Under the pieces are notes generated by a model. It did no database searches and was not told the origin of the DNA. It worked only from the letters and a program-made list of their open reading frames with translations. Made by a program: the position numbers and the translations under genes. From Candidatus Cloacimonadota bacterium (GTDB lineage Bacteria > Cloacimonadota > Cloacimonadia > G963667145): a stretch of DNA of 64,000 nucleotides. This document shows positions 29,679-38,912 of the stretch, in pieces. The stretch is taken from NCBI GenBank assembly GCA_963667255.1, contig OY762940.1:224001-288000 (forward strand), read 5' to 3'. The stretch's first letter is position 1, and each line of letters opens with the position of its first letter.

Positions 29679-30065
29679 TGCCAACCCCTTAGCATCCATA
29701 CACATTGCCAAGTCGCTCAAAAAGCCAACCGCACGACCTAAACTTGTCAAAGAGTGTGTCTGTCCCAACACACGGGAGACAGGAAAGTGCAGCAAATTTT
29801 AAAGACAAAAAAACGGACGAAAAAGAACGCCAGTGCACAACATCGTATATAAAACATTTGGCAGTCAGTGGTTTATTGAGCGGCACCGCTCGTGTCAAAA
29901 GTAGTTGCAACTTGACAGGAAAACACCACGTAATCTGCCACTACTCATACAATTTACCATTACCAACTTACAACTCCCCAAACCCAAAAATAATCGTGCA
30001 TCTGCTTTTGACAAATGCACGAAATTAAATGAACAAACAATATTTGCTTCAAAGCCTTACTATAC

Positions 30066-31793
30066 TTATGCTATTTGCCTTGCGATCATTTTAGCAAAGA
30101 TGCCATTTTGGGCTTTTAAAGTTTTAGGAGTTCCACTTTCGGCGACTTTGCCTTCTGCTAAAACAACTATATTGTCAGCGTTTGCCACGGTTCGCATACG
30201 ATGAGCTATAATCAACACCGTTTTATCTCTGATTAATTCGGAAATTCCCGCCTGAATTTTTGTTTCATTTTCCACATCAAGAGAGGCTGTTGCTTCATCA
30301 AGTAAGACAATAGGTGCATTTTTTAGTAAAGCACGAGCGATGGAAATTCTTTGCCTTTCTCCTCCAGAAAGAGTTTCGCCGTTTTCACCGATGATGGTGT
30401 CATAGCCTTGAGGCATTTTGCGGATAAATTCATCGCATTGAGCCAATTTTGCTACCCGAATAATTTCTTCATCACTGGCTTTACGCCTGCCAATTCTGAT
30501 ATTATCCTTGATGGTAGTGTTAAACAGAACCACATCCTGAAAAACAATAGAAAAATTTTTGAGCAGAGTTTCTGGCTCTATTTTACTGATGTCCTGATTG
30601 CCAAGAGTGATTTTGCCTTTTTGAATATCCCAAAAGCGAGCGGCCAACTTTGCGGAGGTGCTTTTTCCTCCTCCAGATGGTCCAACCAAGGCGGTGATTT
30701 CACCTTGTTTTGCCATGAATGACACATCTTGCAAGACCAGCTTGTCTTTTTCGTAAGCAAAATCGACATTCTCAAATTTTATGTCGTAATTATCGGGAGA
30801 AAAATCTGTTTTTCCTTGTTGAATAGGCATTGCTTGCATCTCGTTCATTCGGTTGATGCGTACATTTAGGTAGAGCAAAGCAGCAAGATGACCAAAAACT
30901 TCGTTGATAGGATTGTAAATACTGGCGGAAATCATCAAAAAAATCAAATAGACAAACAAGTCGATAGTTCCGTTTGTCACCAAATTTGCACCAACAATAA
31001 TAACTCCTGCAAGTCCCAATTTCAAAACACTTTGAGCACTATGCACCATCGCCCCTGTGAAGAGTTCGCCACTTATCAGATGCTTTTCATATATAGTGAT
31101 GATGTTGTCTAATTCTTCCACATATTTTTTTTCTTGATTGTAAGACTTCATTTCTTGGATAGTGTCCAAGCCTTCCTGAATTTTTTCGCTGACATCTCGC
31201 TTAGTTAAATAACCAATTTTGTTCTCTTTATCGATTCTTTTTTTGGATAGAAAAATCAACCCTGTAGCAACAGGAACTACCCAAAACAGAGCCAAAGCCA
31301 ATTGCCAATTATAGCAAAAAAGTCCGATAGCAATCAGCATAATGCTGAAAATTGAAGCAAATAGTTGCGGAACAGCATGGGAAAAAGTTTCTTCCAAATC
31401 GGTGTTATCGTTCATTATGGTGGAGGTTAAATCTGATAGATTTTTTTCTCCGAAAAATGCCAAAGGTAATTTACGAAGTTTCTCTGCTAAGGAAATGCGG
31501 CGATTTGCACTTTCTTCGTAAACCGTGGTATAGGTGCTTTTGTATTGTATCATAGATATAATAAACATAATGAGCATAAACCCAAGCCCAAGCAAAATGT
31601 AATAGCCAACTCCATGAGTGATGATGCTTTCGGGGTCTATGATTTTGTTTAGATACTCACTCAAAAAAATGAACATATAAACTGCAGGTAGCATCAAAGC
31701 GAGATTGAGCAAAGAGCTAAAAACAGTTCCTTTTGCAAAATCTTTGGCGCCTTTTTGGGAAAGAGCAAATTTTTTTTGGATAATCTTAAGCAT
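30066..31793 (-). CDS. ABC transporter fused permease/ATPase (YbtQ/IrtB-like half)
   Basis: TM domain plus GPSGGGKST, LSGGERQR, LLDEAT. Confidence 0.9.
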   Translation of the reverse strand: MLKIIQKKFALSQKGAKDFAKGTVFSSLLNLALMLPAVYMFIFLSEYLNKIIDPESIITHGVGYYILLGLGFMLIMFIISMIQYKSTYTTVYEESANRRISLAEKLRKLPLAFFGEKNLSDLTSTIMNDNTDLEETFSHAVPQLFASIFSIMLIAIGLFCYNWQLALALFWVVPVATGLIFLSKKRIDKENKIGYLTKRDVSEKIQEGLDTIQEMKSYNQEKKYVEELDNIITIYEKHLISGELFTGAMVHSAQSVLKLGLAGVIIVGANLVTNGTIDLFVYLIFLMISASIYNPINEVFGHLAALLYLNVRINRMNEMQAMPIQQGKTDFSPDNYDIKFENVDFAYEKDKLVLQDVSFMAKQGEITALVGPSGGGKSTSAKLAARFWDIQKGKITLGNQDISKIEPETLLKNFSIVFQDVVLFNTTIKDNIRIGRRKASDEEIIRVAKLAQCDEFIRKMPQGYDTIIGENGETLSGGERQRISIARALLKNAPIVLLDEATASLDVENETKIQAGISELIRDKTVLIIAHRMRTVANADNIVVLAEGKVAESGTPKTLKAQNGIFAKMIARQIA

Positions 31794-33558
31794 TGCAAGC
31801 CTCCTTTCCGATAGTCCACTGAACCGATTTTTGATATTCGTTCCACATTTTTAGATAAATTCCGTTTTGCTTAAGCAACTCTTCGTGGTTACCTTGTTCA
31901 GCGATTTTGCCGTTGTTGATAACCAAGATATTGTCGGCATTTTGCACACTGGTTAGCCGATGTGCTATCATCAAAACCGTTTTCCCTTTAGCCAACACAC
32001 CGAGTGCTTTTTGAATAAGATGTTCATTTTCCGGATCGGTAAACGCTGTGGCTTCGTCCAAAACTACGATGGGAGCGTCCTTTAAAATTGCACGAGCCAA
32101 AACAATTCTTTGTTGCTCTCCTCCCGAAAGATAGGTGCCTTTTGTGCCAATTTGGGTGTTCAGTCCGTTTGGTAAATTGTCAATGATTTCTTTGCATTGT
32201 GCCATATCAACTGCTTGGTTAACCTCGTCCAAAGTGGCATTGTGATTGCCGTATTTGATGTTTTCCAGCAAAGTAGTTTTAAACAATTTTGTGTTTTGGA
32301 AGACAAAAGAGATGTTTTTCATCAACTCTTTATGGGGAATATTCTTTACATTCTCTCCTCCTATAAAAATCTCCCCATCATCAACATCCCAAAATCTGGG
32401 AACAAGTTTGGCGATAGTGCTTTTCCCGCCTCCTGAAGCTCCAACTAAAGCCACCGTTTTGTTTTGTGGAATGTCAAAGCTGATATTGTTAATAACCTTT
32501 GCCCCAGATTTGAGATAAGAAAAAGAAACATTTTTAAAAGTAATATCAAATTTGCTTATAGATTTTGGATTTTGTGAAGTAGGCAAGGGGTCTACTGACA
32601 ATAAATTATCTAAGCGATCAACTGCTTCTCTTGCTTGCCAGAAGGCGTGATTTATACGCATACTCCGTATAATACTTTGCGAAAATACCGGAGCTATCAG
32701 AATGTAAAGAAACATATTCAAAATAGTGAGGGAAAGATTGCCGGAGTGTGAAATGAGCAGAATGGCAGTAGGAACGATGAAAAAAGAAAATCCGTTGATT
32801 AGCACAATATATAGCGACATCGGGCGTTGCCACAAATTGGTAAATTTAATCACCATTTTTTTGTAGCGAATTATGCTATTATAAAAGTTTTTGAACGAAA
32901 AAACTGTTTGTTGAAAAACTTTCACTACGGGAATCCCGCGAACATATTCAACAGCTTCTGTATTCATATCTTCCAAAGAATCCATATACATTTTCATAAA
33001 TTCTTGACCTGTTTTACCCATCATAAAAAACATAATAGTCATGGAAAAAACTATCGGTAAAAGGCATGCGACCCCCAGCCTCCAATCGAAAACAAAAATT
33101 AAAATTCCTGCTGTGATGGGCATAACAACTGTTGATGCAAAATCAGGTAATTGATGTGCCAAAAAACTATGCGTAATACTGGCGTTGTCATCAATGATTT
33201 TGCGAATGCGACCAATGGTGTTGTTCTCAAAAAAACCAAGTGGCAAATTTACCATTTTTTTCATTGCTCTTCTGCGGATATTTGTTTCCGCTCGAAATGC
33301 CGCCAAATGTGATAGTGATAAAGCAGCAAAATAAAACAATACGCTGGCTACGGCAAATCCTGTTGCCAAAAGAGCGTAAGTTTGCACTGACAAAAGGGAA
33401 GAGTCATTTTTCCCAATCAGAAATTCCCTAATAATGAACCACACCAAAACAAATGGTGCCATTCCTGATAAGGCACTCAAACCCGAGAGAAACAACGATA
33501 GTGAAAAAAGCATTTCTCGTCCGGTCATATAGATTTTCAATCTCGATAAAGTATTCAT
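31786..33558 (-). CDS. ABC transporter fused permease/ATPase (YbtP/IrtA-like half)
   Basis: SHLAAF, LAHQLPD, VEYVRGIPVVKVF, GASGGGKST, LSGGEQQR. Confidence 0.9.
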   Translation of the reverse strand: MNTLSRLKIYMTGREMLFSLSLFLSGLSALSGMAPFVLVWFIIREFLIGKNDSSLLSVQTYALLATGFAVASVLFYFAALSLSHLAAFRAETNIRRRAMKKMVNLPLGFFENNTIGRIRKIIDDNASITHSFLAHQLPDFASTVVMPITAGILIFVFDWRLGVACLLPIVFSMTIMFFMMGKTGQEFMKMYMDSLEDMNTEAVEYVRGIPVVKVFQQTVFSFKNFYNSIIRYKKMVIKFTNLWQRPMSLYIVLINGFSFFIVPTAILLISHSGNLSLTILNMFLYILIAPVFSQSIIRSMRINHAFWQAREAVDRLDNLLSVDPLPTSQNPKSISKFDITFKNVSFSYLKSGAKVINNISFDIPQNKTVALVGASGGGKSTIAKLVPRFWDVDDGEIFIGGENVKNIPHKELMKNISFVFQNTKLFKTTLLENIKYGNHNATLDEVNQAVDMAQCKEIIDNLPNGLNTQIGTKGTYLSGGEQQRIVLARAILKDAPIVVLDEATAFTDPENEHLIQKALGVLAKGKTVLMIAHRLTSVQNADNILVINNGKIAEQGNHEELLKQNGIYLKMWNEYQKSVQWTIGKEACNA

Positions 33559-33623
33559 TTAAAGCTCCTTTTAACATTCTCCCGTAAGAGAAATTTATAT
33601 TTTTATTTTTCTTCTATTAAAAA

Positions 33624-33695
33624 AGAACGGTGTTCTATAAGGAGCAGAATTTAATCCGCAGTATTTTTGTCAACTTAAAAAAAGGAACAGCGTTC
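33624..33695. promoter_or_regulatory. Two GAAC-N3-GTTC palindromes, candidate TetR operators of the ABC pair
   Basis: AGAACGGTGTTCT (33624-33636) and GAACAGCGTTC (33685-33695) flank a minus-strand TTGACA. Confidence 0.5.
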
Positions 33696-33713
33696 AGAAA
33701 CGAACAAAAAAAA

Positions 33714-34331
33714 TTACTCCCCTATCTCCATAACCTTTTTCCAGCCTGCGACGGAGTAGTGCATATACTCGCTTACAAATCTTTCAACTTCTTCGCTGGA
33801 CAAGTCGTGCATAACCAACTCAGCGACACTGCTGATGAACCATGAACTCATGGTGTGAATGAAAAATTTCGAAACATTTCCATTGATGGAAGGGTATTTT
33901 TGTTTTACCAATTCGATAAACTCTTTACCTGTTTTAGTGTGAACTTCGATACATTTTTCGCGATAATCTTCGAGTTTTGAGCCAGCGGATTTGAAAAAAA
34001 GCAAACGAAACTCCTCTTTGAACTCATCAACAAGCTGAATAAACATCTTAATTTGCTCTCGCACATACTTTTCCGTATCGTTGACATAGAGCTCGATGTC
34101 GTTATTATTGTTGTGCTTTTTTATCATATTGTCCAAAACAAGGAGCAGGTCAGCCACAATCTCACAAAAAATTTCGTCCTTATTACTAAAATAGTTGTAG
34201 ATATTGCTCAAGTTCACTTCGCTTTTTTTAGCAATAGTTCGCATCGAAGTATCTTTGAACCCTTTCGCAATAAACTCACTGCGAGCAACTTCCAAAATCT
34301 TCTTTCTGATACTATCTTTCTGAATTTGCAT
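33714..34331 (-). CDS. TetR/AcrR family transcriptional regulator
   Basis: ILEVARSEFIAKGFKDTSMRTIAK...NIYNYFSNKDEIF. Confidence 0.92.
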   Translation of the reverse strand: MQIQKDSIRKKILEVARSEFIAKGFKDTSMRTIAKKSEVNLSNIYNYFSNKDEIFCEIVADLLLVLDNMIKKHNNNNDIELYVNDTEKYVREQIKMFIQLVDEFKEEFRLLFFKSAGSKLEDYREKCIEVHTKTGKEFIELVKQKYPSINGNVSKFFIHTMSSWFISSVAELVMHDLSSEEVERFVSEYMHYSVAGWKKVMEIGE

Positions 34332-34478
34332 AACTCTTCCTCTCAACTACTTGCAATCCAATAAATATAAATTGCATTAATCGTCTATTTTTTTTTGAAT
34401 TTTGCAGGAGAGATTGAGGGAATCTTTTTGTTAAGAAAAAAGTTGGCTTATAATAGAGTATGAAGAAAACAAGGCTTA

Positions 34479-35516
34479 CTACGATTTTATGATATGCACA
34501 TTCTCAGCTTTGATGTGAGCGAAGATTTTGCCGTCCTTCTTCAATTGATGGTAATCGAGCACATTTTTGCTTATGTTCAGAGAGAGTCTGAAATTCTCTT
34601 TCCCCAACACCAAATCTACCGCCGTCCCTTTTGTCTCGATTTTCTCCAAAGTCAGCTCCAAAGCGTTTTCCATCTTCTCCTTTTTGCCAGAGAGGAAAAT
34701 ATTTTCCGGACGGATAGCGATGTTTAATTGGCTCTCCTCGAATTTTTCTTGAGAAAGGAGCTTAACTCCTTGGCAATCATAGGAATGCAACTCTTCCATT
34801 TTGCCACAATAGCTACCTTCCAAAAATATCGTATTGAGGAAATTTGCGATGAACGGTGTTTTCGGCTTGCAAAAAATGTTCTCGCTTGTGTCGAATTGCA
34901 AAAGATTCCCATCTTGCACGAAAGCAATTTTGTTCGCCAAACTCTTGGCATCCGCTATGTCGTGTGTGATGAGGATTACCGTGATGCCAAACTCAGCGGA
35001 AATATCGTGCAACACCCTCCGCATACATTTTTTGGTAAGGGTGTCCAAACTGCTAAAAGGCTCATCCAAGAGCAGTAGTTTCGGCTTGGCAGCAAGAGCT
35101 CTGGCGAAAGCGACTCTCTGCTTCTCTCCGCCCGACAGCCTTTTGGGATTTCGAGTGAGCAGATGAGAGATAGTCAGTTTCTCGGCAATTTTGAGGATGC
35201 TCTTTTCATCTTTGCTTTTCAGACCATAAGCGATATTTTGATGCACAGTCATATGTTGGAAAAGAGCGTAATTTTGAAAAACGACCCCGATGTTGCGGTC
35301 TTGTATTCGCTTCTTCGTTATCTCCGTGCCGTCCAAAAATACCGAGCCGTCATGCGGATTTCTAAACCCGATAATGAGGTCAAAAATTGTGCTTTTCCCT
35401 GCACCGGACGGTCCGATTATCGTCAAAAAATCTTTTCGCTCCAATTGGAAATTGACATTTCTTAAAGCAAAATTTTCGTATTTTATCGTCAGGTTTTCCA
35501 CAGAAAAGAAACTCAA
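34479..35516 (-). CDS. Molybdate/tungstate ABC transporter ATPase with TOBE domain
   Basis: GPSGAGKST, LSGGEKQR, LLDEPF; operon context. Confidence 0.85.
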   Translation of the reverse strand: MSFFSVENLTIKYENFALRNVNFQLERKDFLTIIGPSGAGKSTIFDLIIGFRNPHDGSVFLDGTEITKKRIQDRNIGVVFQNYALFQHMTVHQNIAYGLKSKDEKSILKIAEKLTISHLLTRNPKRLSGGEKQRVAFARALAAKPKLLLLDEPFSSLDTLTKKCMRRVLHDISAEFGITVILITHDIADAKSLANKIAFVQDGNLLQFDTSENIFCKPKTPFIANFLNTIFLEGSYCGKMEELHSYDCQGVKLLSQEKFEESQLNIAIRPENIFLSGKKEKMENALELTLEKIETKGTAVDLVLGKENFRLSLNISKNVLDYHQLKKDGKIFAHIKAENVHIIKS

Positions 35517-36292
35517 AACTTCACCTCGATTTTTTCGATTAAGTATATGGTAACAAAAGAGATAAGTATGAGCAAAACTCCGGCACTAATCGCCATGTCG
35601 ATGTTCCCGTAAGAAAGGTTCAGATAGAGAGTGATGGGCAGAGTTTCCGTTTTCATATAAGTTCCACCGGCAAGAATGAGAATAGCTCCGAAACTGCCGA
35701 TTGAGCGAGTGAACGCCAAGACTGTCGCTGCCAAAATTCCGTTTTTCGCCAATGGCAGCGAGATTTTAGTAAATGTGGTAAAATATCCGTGTCCCAAGCT
35801 GTAGGAAACCAACTCTTGATGCTCATCGATGTAGTCGAAAGTCGATTTGACGGTCTTCACGGAAAAAGGCAAAGCCGTGAAAAATTGTGCTGCGATTATT
35901 CCGAGTTTGGAGAAAATCACAGAGATGTGGAAAAAATTCAGAACGGCGACAACATTGTCCAATCCAAAAAACAGCAACAAGCACAGCCCCAGCAAAACCT
36001 GCGGAAACGCTATGGGCAAGTCTATTATTGCTTTGACGATTTTGCTCCCGAAGAACTCAAACCGCGATAAACTGTAGCCGATGGGAATTGCGAAAATCAT
36101 AACCAAAATCGTGGAGATTATTCCGGTCAAGAAGGACAATTTAATGGAAAAAAGGATTTGCGGGTCTGTAAAATTTTTCACCATAACAGTTGGATTTATC
36201 AAGAAAATGAACGAAAAAATCATCAAAACAAAAGTTATGGTGAAAAAGTAAGAAATTGTTAGAAATAAGATTTTGAGCGGATTTCTCATCAA
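35513..36292 (-). CDS. modB: Molybdate/tungstate ABC transporter permease
   Basis: DLPIAFP, AQFF.ALPF, FTRSIGSFGA, TETLP. Confidence 0.85.
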   Translation of the reverse strand: MMRNPLKILFLTISYFFTITFVLMIFSFIFLINPTVMVKNFTDPQILFSIKLSFLTGIISTILVMIFAIPIGYSLSRFEFFGSKIVKAIIDLPIAFPQVLLGLCLLLFFGLDNVVAVLNFFHISVIFSKLGIIAAQFFTALPFSVKTVKSTFDYIDEHQELVSYSLGHGYFTTFTKISLPLAKNGILAATVLAFTRSIGSFGAILILAGGTYMKTETLPITLYLNLSYGNIDMAISAGVLLILISFVTIYLIEKIEVKF

Positions 36293-37038
36293 TCAGCCAT
36301 TTTAAAATTCCACTTTTGCCAAATATCTTTTCTCTCTTTCAGATACTTATTAAACTTTTCTGCCAACTCTTTGTTCTCCGATTTTTTAGTAATAGCGGAC
36401 GGCACGGTCTTGATGACATTGTTATCAATCGTAATCGTCTTGATTTTGCCTTGACTCTCAGCCCAAGAAGCCATATCTTCCCAAATGATAGTAGCGTCAA
36501 CGGTTTTTTGGGTAATGTAAATAAGCAATTGATTTACTGATGCGGTCTCCACTGACACATTTCCCCTCACGGCATCGTAGATTTTGTTTTTTTGGAAAAT
36601 GGACTGAGAAATTTTACCGATTGCCGGACCCTTTTCCGCTCCAAGAGCAAGCTTAATTCCTTTCTTGGTAAAATCTTTAATTCCTTTAATTTTGGCGGGA
36701 TTGTCTGCTGGCACAGCTATCACAGGAATATGAAGCACGATTTTTTGAACACTCGACTCAACTATCCAACCTTTTTTTACCATATCGTTAAGAGTTTTTT
36801 CACTCCCCGGCACATACACATCACAAGGTTGTCCAGCTACATAGCGACCGTAGAGATTGCCCGAGCCGTCATAATAAACATCAATTTGCGTGTTGTTTTC
36901 CTTTTCAAAATTTTGGATAATTTCGTTCATCGGTTTGATGAGTCCTGCTCCCGAGAACACCGTCAGCTTGTCTTTCCCCCACAGAAATGACAGGGAAAGG
37001 ATGAAAAGCAAAAATATTTTTTTCATTTTTTTCTCCAT
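36289..37038 (-). CDS. modA: Molybdate/tungstate ABC substrate-binding protein
   Basis: Signal peptide, GAGL.KPM.E, GSG.L, PAIGK. Confidence 0.85.
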   Translation of the reverse strand: MEKKMKKIFLLFILSLSFLWGKDKLTVFSGAGLIKPMNEIIQNFEKENNTQIDVYYDGSGNLYGRYVAGQPCDVYVPGSEKTLNDMVKKGWIVESSVQKIVLHIPVIAVPADNPAKIKGIKDFTKKGIKLALGAEKGPAIGKISQSIFQKNKIYDAVRGNVSVETASVNQLLIYITQKTVDATIIWEDMASWAESQGKIKTITIDNNVIKTVPSAITKKSENKELAEKFNKYLKERKDIWQKWNFKMAD

Positions 37039-37260
37039 GCGTTTTCTTCCGTTGTTTTTTTAGAAACATATCGATGTCAAGAACTTTCTTGCTGAGGAAA
37101 AATATTGTATGAAAAAAGCAGGGATTATTTTTTAGTAACTTGACTTTGGATGTGACCAGTCCTATATTGAACTGTCAGACGATTTTGAGGATAACTCTTG
37201 ACACACAACGCTAAAATTTGACCATTGCGAAGTCAGTTTGATTATAAGCAAAAGGGGGGA

Positions 37261-37443
37261 ATGATGTCATTAGATGAATTTGTGGATAAGTATTCTAAAG
37301 AACCTTTGAATATTTCCAGGGAAGAGAGTGTGCAGATAATGAGAGAAGCCAAGATTATAGACGAAGATGGTTTTTTGAATCCTCTTATGTTTTCCAAGGA
37401 GACTGTGAAGGAGAATAGAAGAGCGAATAAGCCTTTTATATAA
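37261..37443 (+). CDS. Small protein, candidate antitoxin/partner
   Basis: 60 aa after a GGGGGA RBS; TAA abuts the ATG of the next gene. Confidence 0.6.
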   Translation: MMSLDEFVDKYSKEPLNISREESVQIMREAKIIDEDGFLNPLMFSKETVKENRRANKPFI

Positions 37444-38037
37444 ATGTATACTACTAAGCCTGCTTTTGTCTATGGGTTTCATGGGACGGATAAAGAGCTT
37501 GCTTATAAGATTTTAAATAAAGAAAAAGATTTTACGCCAAGCGATAACAGTTATGACTGGTTAGGGTTTGGCGTTTATTTTTGGGAAAATGATGTGGATA
37601 GGGCTTTGGAGTATGCCAAGGAGAGTATGGGTCGCTCGAAGAATGAAATCAAAAATCCTTTTGCTCTTGGTGCTGTGATTGATTTGGGGACTTGTTTGGA
37701 TTTGCTGAGTCAGAAGTATCTGATGGTTGTTTCTTTGGCTTATAATGAAGTGAAGAAAGATTATGAGAGCAAGGGTTTGCCACTGCCGACGAACAAGGGT
37801 TTTGGGAAGAACGATTTTGATTTTAGGAATAGGGAACTGGATTGTTTGGTTATCAATTACGCTGTGAGATTGCTGAAGAGGAATGGTGTGGAGGTGGATA
37901 CTGTAAGAGCTGCTTTCTTGGAGGGTGTGCCTCTGTATGAGGGTGCGGGGTTTAAGACTAAGAACCATATTCAGATTGCTGTGCTGAATACGGAATGCAT
38001 AAAAGGGGTGTTTCTGCCTCGAGAGAAGAAGTTTTAA
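37444..38037 (+). CDS. Putative ADP-ribosyltransferase-fold protein (H-Y-[EQ]-type)
   Basis: YGFHGT, WLGFGVYFWE, AVIDLG.CLDL, HIQIAV strand motifs. Confidence 0.6.
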   Translation: MYTTKPAFVYGFHGTDKELAYKILNKEKDFTPSDNSYDWLGFGVYFWENDVDRALEYAKESMGRSKNEIKNPFALGAVIDLGTCLDLLSQKYLMVVSLAYNEVKKDYESKGLPLPTNKGFGKNDFDFRNRELDCLVINYAVRLLKRNGVEVDTVRAAFLEGVPLYEGAGFKTKNHIQIAVLNTECIKGVFLPREKKF

Positions 38038-38124
38038 GAGAAAGCCCATTAGATACTGCCTTCCCTAAAAAACCAAAATCTTTTTTTATATCCCCCATTA
38101 ATAATTTAACCTTTCTGAGTCAAG

Positions 38125-38817
38125 TCAAAACTCTCTCCCTACATTCACCAAATAATCCGCTTCCGTGTGCCTATGCCAAATTGTTGTAAATTGCAGAAAC
38201 CATTTTTTGACGGTGAATTTAATTCCCGAGGCAAGCTCATATTTTCGGAGAGAGATAGTTAACGAGGCGAATTTGTTTAGCGGGTTTTCTGTGGCAACAA
38301 GAAAATTCTCCTGCTCAAGCCGAAGCACCAAGAATTTCTCCTTGCGAGTCTCGACAGCCCATTCATTGTCCGAGACTGACGAACAAATAAGGTAGTGACT
38401 CATTCCCCAAAAGTCCACACCAGCAGAAACGGAAGCGTCTTTGTCAATATTGTCTTCGGAATCTTGTCGGTAAGTCAGATAGCCACCAATCGAAAAAATC
38501 TTTTGCTTGTAGCTGAGTCCACCGGAAAAGCCAACTTTCTTGTAATAAGTGAAATACAGATAATCGCAATCGGCAAAATAGCAAAAATTCTTGTGCTTTG
38601 TGGAGAGCGAAAGATTGTAATTCATTACTTCGCTTTTGCCGTTGTAAAACTTTGCACCGAGAGAAAGGGCGGAGTCTTGCAGAGCTGGATTGAACAAAAA
38701 AGAGCGTGCCGGCTCCAAGTAGTGAAAATTTATTGCCCGTAAAGAAGAAGGAGAAAACAGGCAAAAGATTAATGAGAAGTTAACCAAACCGACACGCAAA
38801 AAGGTTCGTTTACTCAT
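38125..38817 (-). CDS. Hypothetical exported/outer-membrane beta-rich protein
   Basis: Signal-like N-terminus, FNPA motif, C-terminal Phe. Confidence 0.5.
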   Translation of the reverse strand: MSKRTFLRVGLVNFSLIFCLFSPSSLRAINFHYLEPARSFLFNPALQDSALSLGAKFYNGKSEVMNYNLSLSTKHKNFCYFADCDYLYFTYYKKVGFSGGLSYKQKIFSIGGYLTYRQDSEDNIDKDASVSAGVDFWGMSHYLICSSVSDNEWAVETRKEKFLVLRLEQENFLVATENPLNKFASLTISLRKYELASGIKFTVKKWFLQFTTIWHRHTEADYLVNVGREF

Positions 38818-38912
38818 TGTAAGTTTATTTAGTTCACCTATTTCTGAACCAAATATTTGTCAACACTTTTTTTGCGATTCCACAAGCACGGATAGTTGAC
38901 TTTCCCATAACG

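Larger units (their letters stand above)
26030..29843 (+). mobile_element. AT-rich RM island bounded by complementary cassette-like core sites
   Basis: Left ATGTTGTG (26030-26037) and right CACAACAT (29836-29843) are exact reverse complements; the flanks TTTATAC and GTATATAAA extend the symmetry. Confidence 0.5.

Noticed and set aside
29595..30204. Short ORFs on both strands at the right end of the RM island
   Set aside because: They overlap the structured non-coding elements or the ABC gene and lack an RBS or motifs.
33624..33695. Firmicute-type LexA (SOS) boxes
   Set aside because: Spacing is N3, not GAAC-N4-GTTC; the adjacent TetR is the simpler explanation.
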